From Octopus bimaculoides (Eukaryota): DNA of 64,000 nucleotides. Numbering within the stretch: position 1 is the first letter of the stretch; every line of letters starts with the position of its first letter. The position numbers and the translations under genes were made by a program. The notes under the pieces were generated by a model that saw only the letters and a list, made by a program, of their open reading frames with translations, did no database searches and was not told where the DNA came from. Positions 12,526 through 24,754 of the stretch are shown here, in pieces. Location: NCBI RefSeq assembly GCF_001194135.2, contig NC_069003.1:32438105-32502104 (forward strand), given 5' to 3'.

Positions 12526-12530
<5 letters not shown>
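12246..12530 (+). mobile_element. GC/CpG-rich, highly self-complementary hammerhead-bearing element (candidate retrozyme unit or PLE pLTR), 5' end lost in gap
   Basis: Composition contrasts with flanks; nested inverted complementarity over 12285-12413 plus several further hairpins; ends at a TA microsatellite. Confidence 0.7.
12327..12371 (+). ncRNA. Type I hammerhead ribozyme motif (palindromic stem III, U4C core variant)
   Basis: CGAACG (stem I) - CCGACGA (core; consensus CUGANGA) - AGGG AAATAA CCCT (stem II) - GAAA - TCCGGA - TA (NUH = AUA, predicted cut after 12365) - CGTTCG (stem I complement). Confidence 0.85.
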
Positions 12531-12568
<38 letters not shown>

Positions 12569-13019
12569 GTATCGTATAAGTCCAAGAATGGAGGTTATGG
12601 TGTTACACTTATCCCTTCATTATGATCATTTCAACAATACATGGATCACATCTAAATACAATGTAATGTCACAATCATTTATATTTATATTCATGAGGTA
12701 GCTTATCTCTGTGTTGGCAAAACAACTGAAATGTGTGTAATGCCATACCCCCCCCCCATTCATGGACCTACTACTGTACTATACTCCATGACTAATAATT
12801 ATCCCTGGAATTTCAGTTTGTATGAATGGTTTCCTTTAAGGAAGACTGTCCCCACGTCTATACATTTTGTCTGTTAGCTAGTATTCACAGGCATGCAGAT
12901 AAAGCTTGGATTTCTAAATCTCCATTTATCCGATATATGCACACATGCACATACATACATACATACATACATACACACATAGATACATACATACATACAA
13001 TACATGCATGCTTACATAC

Positions 13020-13086
13020 ATTGTTGACGTCATAGGAATATAGAAGTTTCAAGAACTTGAAATAATCCTTTTTGGGATCGATGAAT
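13020..13086 (-). CDS. Weak candidate internal exon (FIDPKKDYFKFLKLLYSYDVNN), phase 2 to 0
   Basis: Unique non-repeat sequence, open frame, donor AAT|gtatgt; the acceptor is a weak AAG and the donor lies at a microsatellite edge. Confidence 0.25.
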
Positions 13087-13143
13087 CTTGAAGCAGATAG
13101 AGCCATAAAAAATTGTGTATAAATATTGGGTTAAAAACCCTTT

Positions 13144-13194
<51 letters not shown>

Positions 13195-13732
13195 TCTATG
13201 TATGTATATATATATACACACACATATTTACAGATTCATACCCACACACACAAGCATTTGGATGTACAAACAGGATAAGAAGTACTCAATACATGTAGAG
13301 TTCATTTATTTCTTCAAAGCTGATGATGATTCATTCCATTGTTACTCAGAGTTTCTGACTAAATGTAACCGTTGAAACAGCAAAAAAACAAAAAGCAATA
13401 AAACATTTGGTCGCCTGAGGGAAGCACATTGTGCGGTTGTGAATCATCGAACTCGAATGAACATTCATACATATACACATATGTATATATATACAGGCAC
13501 ACATGCATACATCATGCACGCACACACATATGCACTCATACACATGTGCATACACATGCATCCATACACTACGTAAATATGTGCACGTGTATACATGCAT
13601 ATTTTAAAAATAGATATACAAATGCACTTGTAAAAGAACACACACTTCTTTACACAATACCTGTATGTCTGTATGGATTTTTAAAAATATGTATATATAT
13701 GTATATATAAGTATATGTGTGTGTGATATATG

Positions 13733-13773
<41 letters not shown>

Positions 13774-14358
13774 GATATATATCATATATATATATATATA
13801 GATAGATAGATAGATAGATATATGATATTGAGTTTCATGTTTAATTGATATTCTCAAAAAGGAAACTTTTCTTGTTTAAAATATTTATTTAACAATTTGA
13901 AGAATAGTTTACAAAATTGTGGGTTGGAAGAGAAAAAGAACGCTGTAGAAAGAAAGAGAGAAATATAATTATTATTGATTATCTTTCTTTTTGTATTATT
14001 ATTATCATTATTATTATTATTATTATTATTATTGTTATTATTATTGTGATGATGGTTCTTTACATTTTAAGTTTAAATTTGGCCGAGGTTGATTTTGCTT
14101 TCATCATTTTGGGGGTCAACAGAATAAATACCAGTTGAGCACTGAGGTTGATGTAATCAACATTCCCCTCTCCCAAAATGTGCCCCTTCCATTATTGAAT
14201 GCAGTATCTGCATAAATATTTAAAGGGACACATTGTAGTAAAAACCTGTTAGTAATTATATAGCACCAGGTCAGCCCTCTGATTAAAAGACAATCCAAAC
14301 GTGACCTTCATAACTTTTATTATTATATCATTATATTACATTGTTTAATATATCCCTT

Positions 14359-14596
14359 TCAACCCCTCTTGATATGAACCCATCTGAGGCCACCCCTGGT
14401 TCTGTGATAGAAACTTCCTGATTGAAAAGTGATCTAAATTAAAACCTTCCATCAAAATTTCGTGTTCATTTATGTTCCAAACACCAGCTTAACAATGGCA
14501 AAGTCATTTTACTAAATTCTTCATTATTTAAAAAAAAAAATCAATTGAAACAACTGCCGTGGTATTTGAACAGAAATATGTTAACAAAAGGGTTAA
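14359..14596. mobile_element. TTAA-flanked CCC...GGG MITE, family P1 (piggyBac-like ends)
   Basis: Starts TCAACCCCTCTTGAT, ends CAAAAGGGTTAA; internally homologous to 39941-40208, ~37575-37752 and ~44409-44635. Confidence 0.65.
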
Positions 14597-14839
14597 AATG
14601 ATTGACTGTGTTTTGAGGGAGTTTTGACAGCTATTTTCTAGAAGGTTGAATGACCACATAAAGGCATTCTCCACAGTCCGCGTTTGGAATTCTATCGTGT
14701 TGGTTGGGGGAGGGGATGAAGCTGGAGGAGAAAGAGAAGTGAGGACAGAGGAGGAGGTGGAGTTGTGCTGGGTCTGGTTACAAAACTCCACTTGTATGAG
14801 AGAAGTTGTGTTTGTTGTATGACCTATGGTGGTTGTTGT

Positions 14840-15003
14840 TGTTGTTGTCGGGGGTGGTGTTTAACCCCAAATCAACCTTGTTTGAACACATCTATGATCA
14901 GAAGACGTTCCAGTCATGGCCACCACATATCTTTTTTTTTTTTTTCCTCATTTCAAAACAGTTTAGGACTACATCATCTAAACGTTTGAGCCTGTGAGAC
15001 CTC

Positions 15004-15044
<41 letters not shown>

Positions 15045-15116
15045 TTTGAAGACAACACATAAGGTAAGGCATGATCTGAAGGAAGAAGATTCAACTGCTA
15101 TTTCTAGCAGGCTCAC
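14840..15116 (-). mobile_element. Old dispersed family C copy with (AAC)n tail
   Basis: Hallmark GATT(T/C)(G/A)ACTGCTATTTCTAGCAG plus TTAACCCCAAATCAACC...ATGATCAGAAGACGTTCCAG; roughly 20 fragments of this family recur across the window. Confidence 0.6.
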
Positions 15117-15183
15117 TTCTTTCCTCGCTTGGAGTTCCAGCAAGTTAGTGCTTCTAAGGAGGGTAAGGAGCAGCCAAGTGAGA
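15117..15183 (-). CDS. Weak candidate internal exon (LTWLLLTLLRSTNLLELQARKE), phase 2 to 0
   Basis: Strong pyrimidine tract ...ctctctctcttag and donor GAA|gtgagc, but the tract is a CT microsatellite and the donor is the edge of a repeat. Confidence 0.25.
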
Positions 15184-15327
15184 CTAAGAGAGAGAGATGG
15201 GAGCGGAGAGGACAGTGATTTATGGTGGGACTTCTTACCAAACCCCAGCTGAACAACAGAAAAGAAGCTGTGTAATAATATATGGTAGAAATGTCCTTAT
15301 GCACATACAGACTACTGCCTCTTTAAT

Positions 15328-15360
<33 letters not shown>

Positions 15361-15605
15361 ATCTCTTTCTCTCTTTCTCTGTTTCTGGTGAATAGTGGCA
15401 AAGCTGGCAGTTCCTGGTTTAAGCTTCTACTTCTTCGTCTTCTTCATCTTTTTTCTTTTTGTATTCTTCTTTTTCTTCTTCTTCTTCTTCAACCCAAGTC
15501 TTCCTTCCTTCCTTCCCTACTCTGTCTCCTTTAAGAATCTCTGGTTTCAGTTTTAGATTTCTAGGTTGTGCTCATCACCTCCCTTCCTCCCACACACACA
15601 CACTC

Positions 15606-15640
<35 letters not shown>

Positions 15641-15879
15641 TACCTTCCCTCCTTTTACTCCTCCCCCTTTCTGGCTTTTGACAACAACCACCACAACCAC
15701 CACCACCGCAACAACAACAACAAAGGAGAAATTACTCTAAACTCAACAACACAGAAAGCCAGAAGCCTTTGGGAGCCTTTTTGTGTGGGGCTCACTCCAT
15801 CTGTCTCTCACTCTCTCTCTCCTCTTTTCTCTTTCTCCATCTGTTTCCCTCTCATTTTATCTCTACATTGCTTGCTATT

Positions 15880-16250
<371 letters not shown>

Positions 16251-16624
16251 TTTTGATTTTTCCACTGAAATCATCAGTAGAGCTCGAAAAATTGATGGAA
16301 ATTGAGGTAACATTTATGTAAAATAATAATAATAATAATAATAATAATAATTCAATGTTGTTATTCCTTCTATCTTTCTTCCAATCTTTCTTGTTTGATA
16401 TCGTTACCTGCTTGGTTTATGCTTTTCCTGGCTGGGCCCTCATCTCCATCTTCTGCGTCTCCTTCTTCTTATTCTTCTGTAAGTACATCTCAGTAATATT
16501 TATCTTCCACTGTCATTGTTACTGGTCCTACTTCTTACCATTCCATGAAGTTACTGTGTGTGACTGTTAGAAAGAGACTTTCCATATTTTGGCTCCTCTT
16601 TATAAATGTCACTATAATCCTGTA

Positions 16625-16661
<37 letters not shown>

Positions 16662-17031
16662 ATGTATATATATATATGTGTGTATGTATGTATACCCACC
16701 CACATACAGGCAGTTATGCTCATACATGCATGCATGTATAAGCATATCTACCTACATGTATTTATACTTTAGCCTGTAGTGTGTATAATTATAGTTGTAA
16801 ACATTTGTTCATGCACACATACATAACTAAAAACATTTACACTCATGCATGTAGTGAGATGTGTGTATGCACACACGCATGCATACACACGAACACACGT
16901 GCCCGCTATACATACGGACATGCTTTAAACCTGTCGTGTATACATATGTATGTGTATACATTCATAAGTCAAAACATACAGGTTCACATACATATTGAAA
17001 TACATGTAGTTATACACATACATGAACAGAG

Positions 17032-17073
<42 letters not shown>

Positions 17074-17083
17074 NNNNNNNNNN

Positions 17084-17129
<46 letters not shown>

Positions 17130-17927
17130 TTCAGCTTATAGTATTTATACGTGAATACACATGGCCAAACATGTATATGTACACATACGTAAATCAAAAC
17201 AGATTCATACAAAATGACATGTATACATGTACATGCATGTATGTGTCATACACGCATACTTTGGGCTGTAATTTGTGTATATATACACACATATTCACCT
17301 ACTAGTGTATTTGTATGCATTCATAAGTGAAAACCACACAGATATGGACATGCCGTAGCATGCCTACATACGACATACACTGGTACATACATACACGTAC
17401 ATACAGGCTTGTATAGTTAGTATAACTACAGATGCATATAGACATACGAAATATATGTAGCTATCTACATACCTAACTTCATACATACAATACAAACAGG
17501 CTTGTAGTTTGTATACACATACACACACACACACACATACACACACACACATATAAATATAAGTACCAGTCTACATACCTACATACCTAACTTTGTACAT
17601 ACATACATACATACACACACATAGACATATGACTTTATGTACCTACCTACATACATATGTAACTTCATGCACGCTTACATACAAACATACACACAAACAT
17701 ATACATACATACATACATACTCGTAGTTTGTATACATACACACGCATAGACATACAACTATATGTACCTACCTACATACATACGTAGCTTCATGCATACA
17801 TACATACATACATACATACATACATACATACATACTGCTTGTTGTTGCCATTCATTGTTTAGTTCGTGTTGTTGATGTTGTTATTTATTTCTTCTTTTAC
17901 TTGTTTCATTTATTGGACTGCAGCCAT

Positions 17928-17974
<47 letters not shown>

Positions 17975-18127
17975 GTCATTATTATTATTATTATTATTGT
18001 CATTATTATCATCATTGTTGTTGTTGTTGTTGTTGTTATNNNNNNNNNNTCATTATTATTATTATTATTATTGTCATTATTATCATCATTGTTGTTGTTG
18101 TTGTTGTTGTTATTATTATTATTATTA

Positions 18128-18164
<37 letters not shown>

Positions 18165-18310
18165 GTATTGCTGTTATTTTTAACTATTTGTACTGCGTCT
18201 GCCTAACTAATCTGTCTATCTATCAGTCTATCCAGTCAGACCATGTCTCTCGTGCTTTTAAACTGTAAACAAAAACAATATAAGCTACTTCATTGCTCTC
18301 TCCCTATTTC

Positions 18311-18350
<40 letters not shown>

Positions 18351-19321
18351 CTCTGTTCTATTCTGAGGTGTTAATATCTTTACACTTATGCTGCGTATTA
18401 TCACTCGTACACATTGCAGAGGGGAGAGATGAATGAATTCTGAAGAACTGCAAAATAATAACAAAAGTTATAGGTTCAATTTTCATCCCCAAAAAGCTGC
18501 AAAAAAAAAAGAAAAAAAAAAATCCGTCTCAAGGGCCTCTTTTCACAGCAAGACTAAGTACATGTGGATGTGACTCTGTACATTTATTTATTTATTTTTT
18601 TTATTTATCAATAACTCGTGTTGAATCAGTACTTGTGTGTGTTTGTGTGTGTGTGTGTGTGTATGCATGCATGTGTGTATGTATATGTGTGTGTATATGT
18701 ATGTATGTATCTATCTATCTATCTATTTATCTCTCTCTCTCTCTCTCTCTCTCTCTNNNNNNNNNNNNNNNNNNNNNNNNNNNNNNNNNNNNNNNNNNNN
18801 NNNNNNNNNNNNNNNNNNNNNNNNNNNNNNNNNNNNNNNNNNNNNNNNNNNNNNNNNNNNNNNNNNNNNNNNNNNNNNNNNNNNNNNNNNNNNNNNNNNN
18901 NNNNNNNNNNNNNNNNNNNNNNNNNNNNNNNNNNNNNNNNNNNNNNNNNNNNNNNNNNNNNNNNNNNNNNNNNNNNNNNNNNNNNNNNNNNNNNNNNNNN
19001 NNNNNNNNNNNNNNNNNNNNNNNNNNNNNNNNNNNNNNNNNNNNNNNNNNNNNNNNNNNNNNNNNNNNNNNNNNNNNNNNNNNNNNNNNNNNNNNNNNNN
19101 NNNNNNNNNNNNNNNNNNNNNNNNNNNNNNNNNNNNNNNNNNNNNNNNNNNNNNNNNNNNNNNNNNNNNNNNNNNNNNNNNNNNNNNNNNNNNNNNNNNN
19201 NNNNNNNNNNNNNNNNNNNNNNNNNNNNNNNNNNNNNNNNNNNNNNNNNNNNNNNNNNNNNNNNNNNNNNNNNNNNNNNNNNNNNNNNNNNNNNNNNNNN
19301 NNNNNNNNNNNNNNNNNNNNN

Positions 19322-19563
19322 CGGATGGCAACACCAGGCTCCAGTCTAATTTGGCAGAGTTTCTACAGCTGGATGCCCTTCCTAACGCCAACCACTCAGA
19401 GAGTGTAGTGGGTGCTTTTACGTGTCACCCGCACGAAAACGGCCACGCTCGAAATGGTGTCTTTTATGTGCCACCCGCACAAGCCAGTCCAGGGGCACTG
19501 GCAACGATCTCGCTCGAAAATCCTACGGGAGCCAGTCAGGCGGTACTGGCAACGGCCACGCTC
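19322..19563 (-). mobile_element. Non-autonomous RTE-related element (family R) with internal hairpin modules
   Basis: CAGCTGGATGCCCTTCCTAACGCCAACCAC (reverse complement of the RTE-type GGAAGGGCATCCAGC motif) followed by GCCAGT..ACTGGC modules; nearly identical to 28931-29250. Confidence 0.85.
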
Positions 19564-19711
19564 AGGAAAATATCATTTCTTCCTTTACCCATCAGTTTCT
19601 CTGATTCCGTATGTCCCTTGGTAATGAGTTGATGAAGTTTGGTCTTTTTTAATGTTTTGCATTGCATGTCCAGTCAGTATTTTCATAAGGATTTATTGTG
19701 ACTGTTTGACC

Positions 19712-19930
19712 AAGTGCTTCTCAACTGGGGACCATATGACCCTTGCAGGGAAGAGGCAGGGGTCCATTTAAGATTTTATTGTTAAAATTTGTGTGCAATA
19801 AATTGCTTATATTTCAACAATACAAAAAATAATTTAGCAGCTTTTTAAACATTGAATGGCTATGAGGTTTCCATCCAAGTCAAATAGGAATCAAAGGGGT
19901 CTATAGGCAAAAAGTGGTTGAGAACCACTG
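19712..19930. mobile_element. hAT/Charlie-like MITE
   Basis: Ends (C/A)AGTGCTTCTCAAC ... GTTGAGAACCACTG; approximate 8-bp TSD GTTTGACC/GTTTAGCC. Confidence 0.8.
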
Positions 19931-20151
19931 GTTTAGCCCAAGTTCACTACATTTATGTTGGGATGATGGCAAGGGATTGGCTGTAAAACTTGGACATAAC
20001 AAATATCACAAGAGGTTTTGTCTGAATGTACTGGTTTCTCTATAATGTTTACATCTTTCACTAATATACATTAACAAAACAAACATACAGACATGGCTTC
20101 ATTCATACCTACATGTGTATTTTTATTCATTTTTGCATGCATTCTTACCTT

Positions 20152-20500
20152 AGGCCCTGGTGTGGCTGTGTGGTAAGAAGTTAGCTTCCCAAACACATGG
20201 TTCCAGGTTTAGTCCCACTGTGCAGCACCTTGGGCCAAGTGTTTCTACTATAATCTTGTTCCAATCAAAGCCTTGTGAGTGAATTTGGTAGGCAGAAACT
20301 GAAAGAAGCCCGTCATGTGTGTGTGTGTGTGTGTGTGTCTCACTCTCTTTGAGTCTGTGTTTGTCCTCTACCACCAGTTGACAACAGCACTTGACAACTT
20401 AACGGTTCAGCAAAAGAGGCTGATAGAATAAGTACTAGGTTTTTAAAAAAGTCCTGAGGTTGATTTGTTTGACTAAAACTCTTCTGACTTGGCATTGCTA
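20152..20500 (+). mobile_element. Near full-length SINE family A
   Basis: TGGCTGTGTGGTAAG A-box-like and GGTTTAGTCCC B-box-like head, core and body match 25561-25952. Confidence 0.85.
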
Positions 20501-20659
20501 TGTTCTTTAAGCAAGTATTCAAAATGTACTATAGAAAATAACTTCAAGTACTCACTGGTTTGGCTGCTCTGCATACATGATGCAAGAAATTTAACACAAA
20601 ATATCAGGGTCATAATTGCTCAGGTAGCATTTATATTTCATTGTAAAATAAAAGTGGTA

Positions 20660-20849
20660 CCATATTTTCCGGCTTACAAGTCAAATTTTTCAGACCAAAA
20701 TTAATTGCCAAAAAAAAAAAAAAAAAAGGTAGGTTGACCTGTGCACCAAGACAACTTTGGCGGATCGTAAAATACCACGTGGAAAAGGTAACAACAAGGT
20801 TTGAATGTTTACACTACATACTATGTCGACTTGTATGCTGAAAATACAG
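20660..20849. mobile_element. pogo/Tc2-like MITE
   Basis: TA|CCATATTTTCCGGCTTACAAGTC ... GACTTGTATGCTGAAAATACAG|TA imperfect TIRs with TA flanks. Confidence 0.8.
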
Positions 20850-21719
20850 TAAGATAAAATATATTGCTGATTTTTAGGTAAAAAAATTTGGAGGTTGTAT
20901 TACATTCAAAACTGCAGTGTATTGATGTAAAAAACAATAATAATTTAAATTGAACTTTAAGTGTTTTGCTTAATCTCCCTCCCCCTGCTCCCATCAAATT
21001 CTCTCATTGATGTCACTAGTTCCTTCAATTTGAAATATTCACAAGACCAACCTACAACTCAGGTGTAACAATAAATACATACTGTAGCATTCTTTGCTGT
21101 AACAATATTTCCTATGCTGTAAAATCACCTTGGCCTGGCTGGCTGACTGTTGTTTGTCACTCGAGTCTCTATAAAGAGGTTAGGATGATGCAAATGAAGT
21201 TGTTTAGCCCCAGGTCAGACCTGATTCTGCAGACCTTTGATCATCAGATCAATAAGTATTCCAGCAGTGACCATCTTCCTTCTTACAGCATGGTATTAAT
21301 AGTGGTAGTGATTATGATGTGGACGGTTGTAGTGATGATGGTACTATCTGTCTCTCTATTTGTCTGTCTCTCTCTCTCTTTCTCTATTTCTCTTATACTG
21401 ATGTTCTATTACTAACTTTCTCTCTACTCTGGCTTTTTTCTTTCTTTCGTGCATTCTGTCTCTTTTTCCAGTTTTTCATCTGTCTTTATCATCCTTCAAA
21501 AACTTCCATGCTTCCTGAAATTTGCCAACAGGACACCTGATGCCCTTTTCCTCTTTATTTTTAAAAATGACTCATTCACTGTTCACTTCCTGTGTATTAT
21601 TTTATGTACTCTTCATACTTTCGGTTACTTTTTCTGATGAGTTGTAGAACACCTGAGCACTATATACAATAAATTCATTAATATTGGTCTCAAATTTTGG
21701 CACAAGGCCAGCAAGGTCA

Positions 21720-21890
21720 GAGGAGGGGGTAAGTTAGTTACATTGACCCCAGTCCACAAACGGTACTTATTTTACCTACCCCAAGAGAGATGAAAGGCCG
21801 AGTTGACCTTGGTGGAATTTGTGCTCAGAACATAAAGACAGATGAAATGCTGTTAAGCATTTTGCCCAGCATGGTAACAGTTCTGCCAGC
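21720..21890 (-). mobile_element. SINE family M copy (diverged)
   Basis: GACCCCAG...GTACTTATTT...GATGAAAGGCCGAGTTGACCTTGGTGGAATTTG..CTCAGAAC matches 30028-30203. Confidence 0.75.
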
Positions 21891-22071
21891 TGACATGCTT
21901 TTCTGTGCTGGCATCGGTCACATGGAACTGGCTGATGCAGATTTTCTGTGGTCAGATGCTCTACGTATTGCCGACTCTCCCTTTTACCAAGGTGTTACTG
22001 CCTTGTGGCTGGGCATGTTTTTGTGGAAGATTGGAAATAAAAAAACATTGCATGTGTGATAGTGACACTTG

Positions 22072-22288
22072 TGAGGGGGTGCTACAAAGTTCCTGGCTTT
22101 AAGGGTATCATGAAAGGCCTGGTTGGAGGCCCAAGTTTCTGAGTCCTTTTACAGAGTGTAGGAAAACTGAAGGACCACTGCAGTAAGTGTGTGAATCTGA
22201 GAGGGGAATATGTTGAATAAAATCGTAAGTAACTGATCCTCTTGTATTTTCTTTTGCCCAAAGCCAGGAACTTTTCTGCCCCACCTTG
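22072..22288 (+). mobile_element. Second copy of the mariner-derived MITE
   Basis: Co-linear with 10640-10856, including TIRs and the GGGGAATATGTTGAATAA transposase end. Confidence 0.85.
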
Positions 22289-22539
22289 TACAGCTAGCAT
22301 GCAAAGTCAAGACAAGGAAACATACACACAAACAACTCTGCATACACACACACATAGACACACATGTATGCATACATACATACATACATACATATGCATG
22401 GCCAGGGGCTATAGTAGAAGGCAGTAGAGCTAAACTGGAAACCACATGGTTGGAAAGCAAATTTTTTATCCACACGACCATACCTGTGTGTGTGTGTGCA
22501 TGCATGCATGTGTGTTGTTTCTAATATAGACACACGGCC

Positions 22540-22735
22540 TGAAATTTGATTGTAGTGGGACGAGTTGATTATGTCAATCCCAGTGTTTGAATGATATTTT
22601 ATTTTGTCGACCCAGAAGGGATGAAAGACAAAGTCAACCATGGCAGAATTTGAACTCAGAATGTAAAGAGCCAGAAAAAGTGGCACTAAGCATTCTGTTC
22701 GAAGTGCTAACGGATCTGTGAGTCTGCTGACTTTA
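22540..22735 (-). mobile_element. SINE family M copy
   Basis: GACCCAGAAGGGATGAAAGACAAAGTCAACCATGGCAGAATTTGAACTCAGAATGTAAAG. Confidence 0.75.
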
Positions 22736-23600
22736 TATATATATATATATATTATATTTCACTTAGGCATTGTGATACTAATAACCTGGTGTAGAATTCA
22801 TTTTTGAGGTTCCAATGTTACTAAGGCATTCGACTATGAGTCCACTGTCTATTCCTTTGTCATCCGTTTTTCCTTTTATTTTCCTTTCATATACATACAT
22901 ACACACACACATAAACATGCTCACACACCATATAATATACATACACATACATGTGTATTCAGATACACACACACACATATAAAATAAAGAGAGAGAGAGA
23001 GAAAAAGATTGATTAATCAATTTGGTTGTCATTATCAATATAGTAATATTTACATAGATTTGCATAGAACCAGCCTAATTCTTGTTAGTGTTATATTATA
23101 TTTTGCTGTCCACATCATTAACTACAAACAAAGGTATCATGAGATCAAATCATCTTAATTACTGATTCACTGAATAATATCTCCTTTATCTTTCCTGTCT
23201 TTCGTCTGAACCAAGCAGTGATGGTATATTACACAACTTCATGATATTCTGGGTAAAATCCACAATCTGAGGAATCTTGCGCTCAGTGTAATTTTTTTCA
23301 GGTGTTTGATTTCATGAGTTACTTTATAACCTCTGCAGTGCTTGTGTCAGCATAACCTTTCACAGCGCACTTTCTTTTAAGAATCAATTGGTGCAAGTAT
23401 GACATTATCTTTCCGTACACACTGCTCACTCACTACAGTTTGGTTCTCTCTGGTGCACAGTCTTGCAATTTAGAACACCTTGTACCTGTGATCCTCACAC
23501 AGTAGAACTCTGATTAATCCAACTTAACTGTTAAGATGTTTGGATATGATTTGAAGGTGATCTGACTGCTATGTCTGGCAGCCACTGTGACTGCATGGAG

Positions 23601-23869
23601 CAGTGCTTCTCAACTGGGTTCCATACAGCTCTTGGGGGGGGGGGGGTTGACATAGGATTCTGTTGTTAAAAATTACATTCAATAAATTGGTTATATTTCT
23701 ACAATACACAAAATATTTTTTAAAGAATTTTTAGGAATACAATTCCTAATAATATCCAATTATAAAAATATAATAGGATTTCTTAAACACAGAACAGTTA
23801 TGAGGGGTCACCCGAGTAAAATAGGAATGAAAGGGATCCATAGGTAAAAAAAATGGTTGAGAACCACTG
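23601..23869. mobile_element. hAT/Charlie-like MITE with 8-bp TSD
   Basis: CAGTGCTTCTCAAC...GTTGAGAACCACTG flanked by GCATGGAG / GCATAGAG (1 mismatch). Confidence 0.9.
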
Positions 23870-24118
23870 GCATAGAGGAATTTTTATTCTCTGACCTAAT
23901 GTATCATTATTACTTAAGACATTATTACTTAGTGGGAGATTTAACTGCTATTTCTAGCAGATCGATTGATGTAACCACACAAAGGCTTCTTCATGATAGT
24001 TTTCATGTTTGGGCTTATTCATTCCGATGAGTTTCAAATGTCAGACCCATTTTATATTGAAACTAGATGGATTCAATACAATAATGTTTTCATACCTCTC
24101 TCTCTTCACTTTGTCTTG

Positions 24119-24169
<51 letters not shown>

Positions 24170-24709
24170 GTTTTGTTTAGTATGTCTCCCCTTCTCTCAT
24201 CTCTCGCTTTCTCTGTGTGTCTCCCCTTCTCTCTTCTCTCTTTTACAGTGTGATTCCTCCTCTCTCTCTCTTTCTTTCTCATTCACTCTCTCTTTTTCTT
24301 TGACACTCTCTCTTTCTACCTCTCTGCTATCCCCTCTCTTTCTTTCTCTCTCTCCCCCCTCTCTGTTTCATCAAACTAAACCAAAATGATTAATATCTCT
24401 GATATCCTGCTAAACTTCACCTATTTCACCTGTCGGAGATATTACTATTTGATATCACCATCTCAGTTATTGTGCCTGATTTGTGTTCAGTGATTGATAG
24501 GCAAAGTTACCCATCGCTGCCCCTTAACACTCGACTTTGTCGAGTGCAGGATGGTTGAGTGGTTATGAAGTTCCACTTCACAATCAACCCATGTGAATCA
24601 GATTTTGATTTGACGATGTGAAACCTTGGGCAATTTAGCAAGTTATCTTATAACATTGCCTTAGGTTATTGACCCAGTGTCTTGTGAGTTACATTTGGTA
24701 GCAGATGAC

Positions 24710-24751
<42 letters not shown>

Positions 24752-24754
<3 letters not shown>

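Noticed and set aside
14528-14830. Ser/Pro/Thr-rich minus-strand ORF
   Set aside because: It runs through a family C repeat and a P1 MITE, and has no convincing splice sites
15239-15248. 10-nt microexon-like signal on the minus strand
   Set aside because: Several acceptor-donor pairs this close are expected by chance in such pyrimidine-rich DNA; no supporting evidence
17989-18115. Duplicated TTA/TTG/CAT block around a short gap
   Set aside because: Gap-flank assembly duplication
24528-24546. Perfect 8-bp hairpin CACTCGAC-TTT-GTCGAGTG
   Set aside because: Isolated, with no CTRR end or other Helitron feature and no second copy
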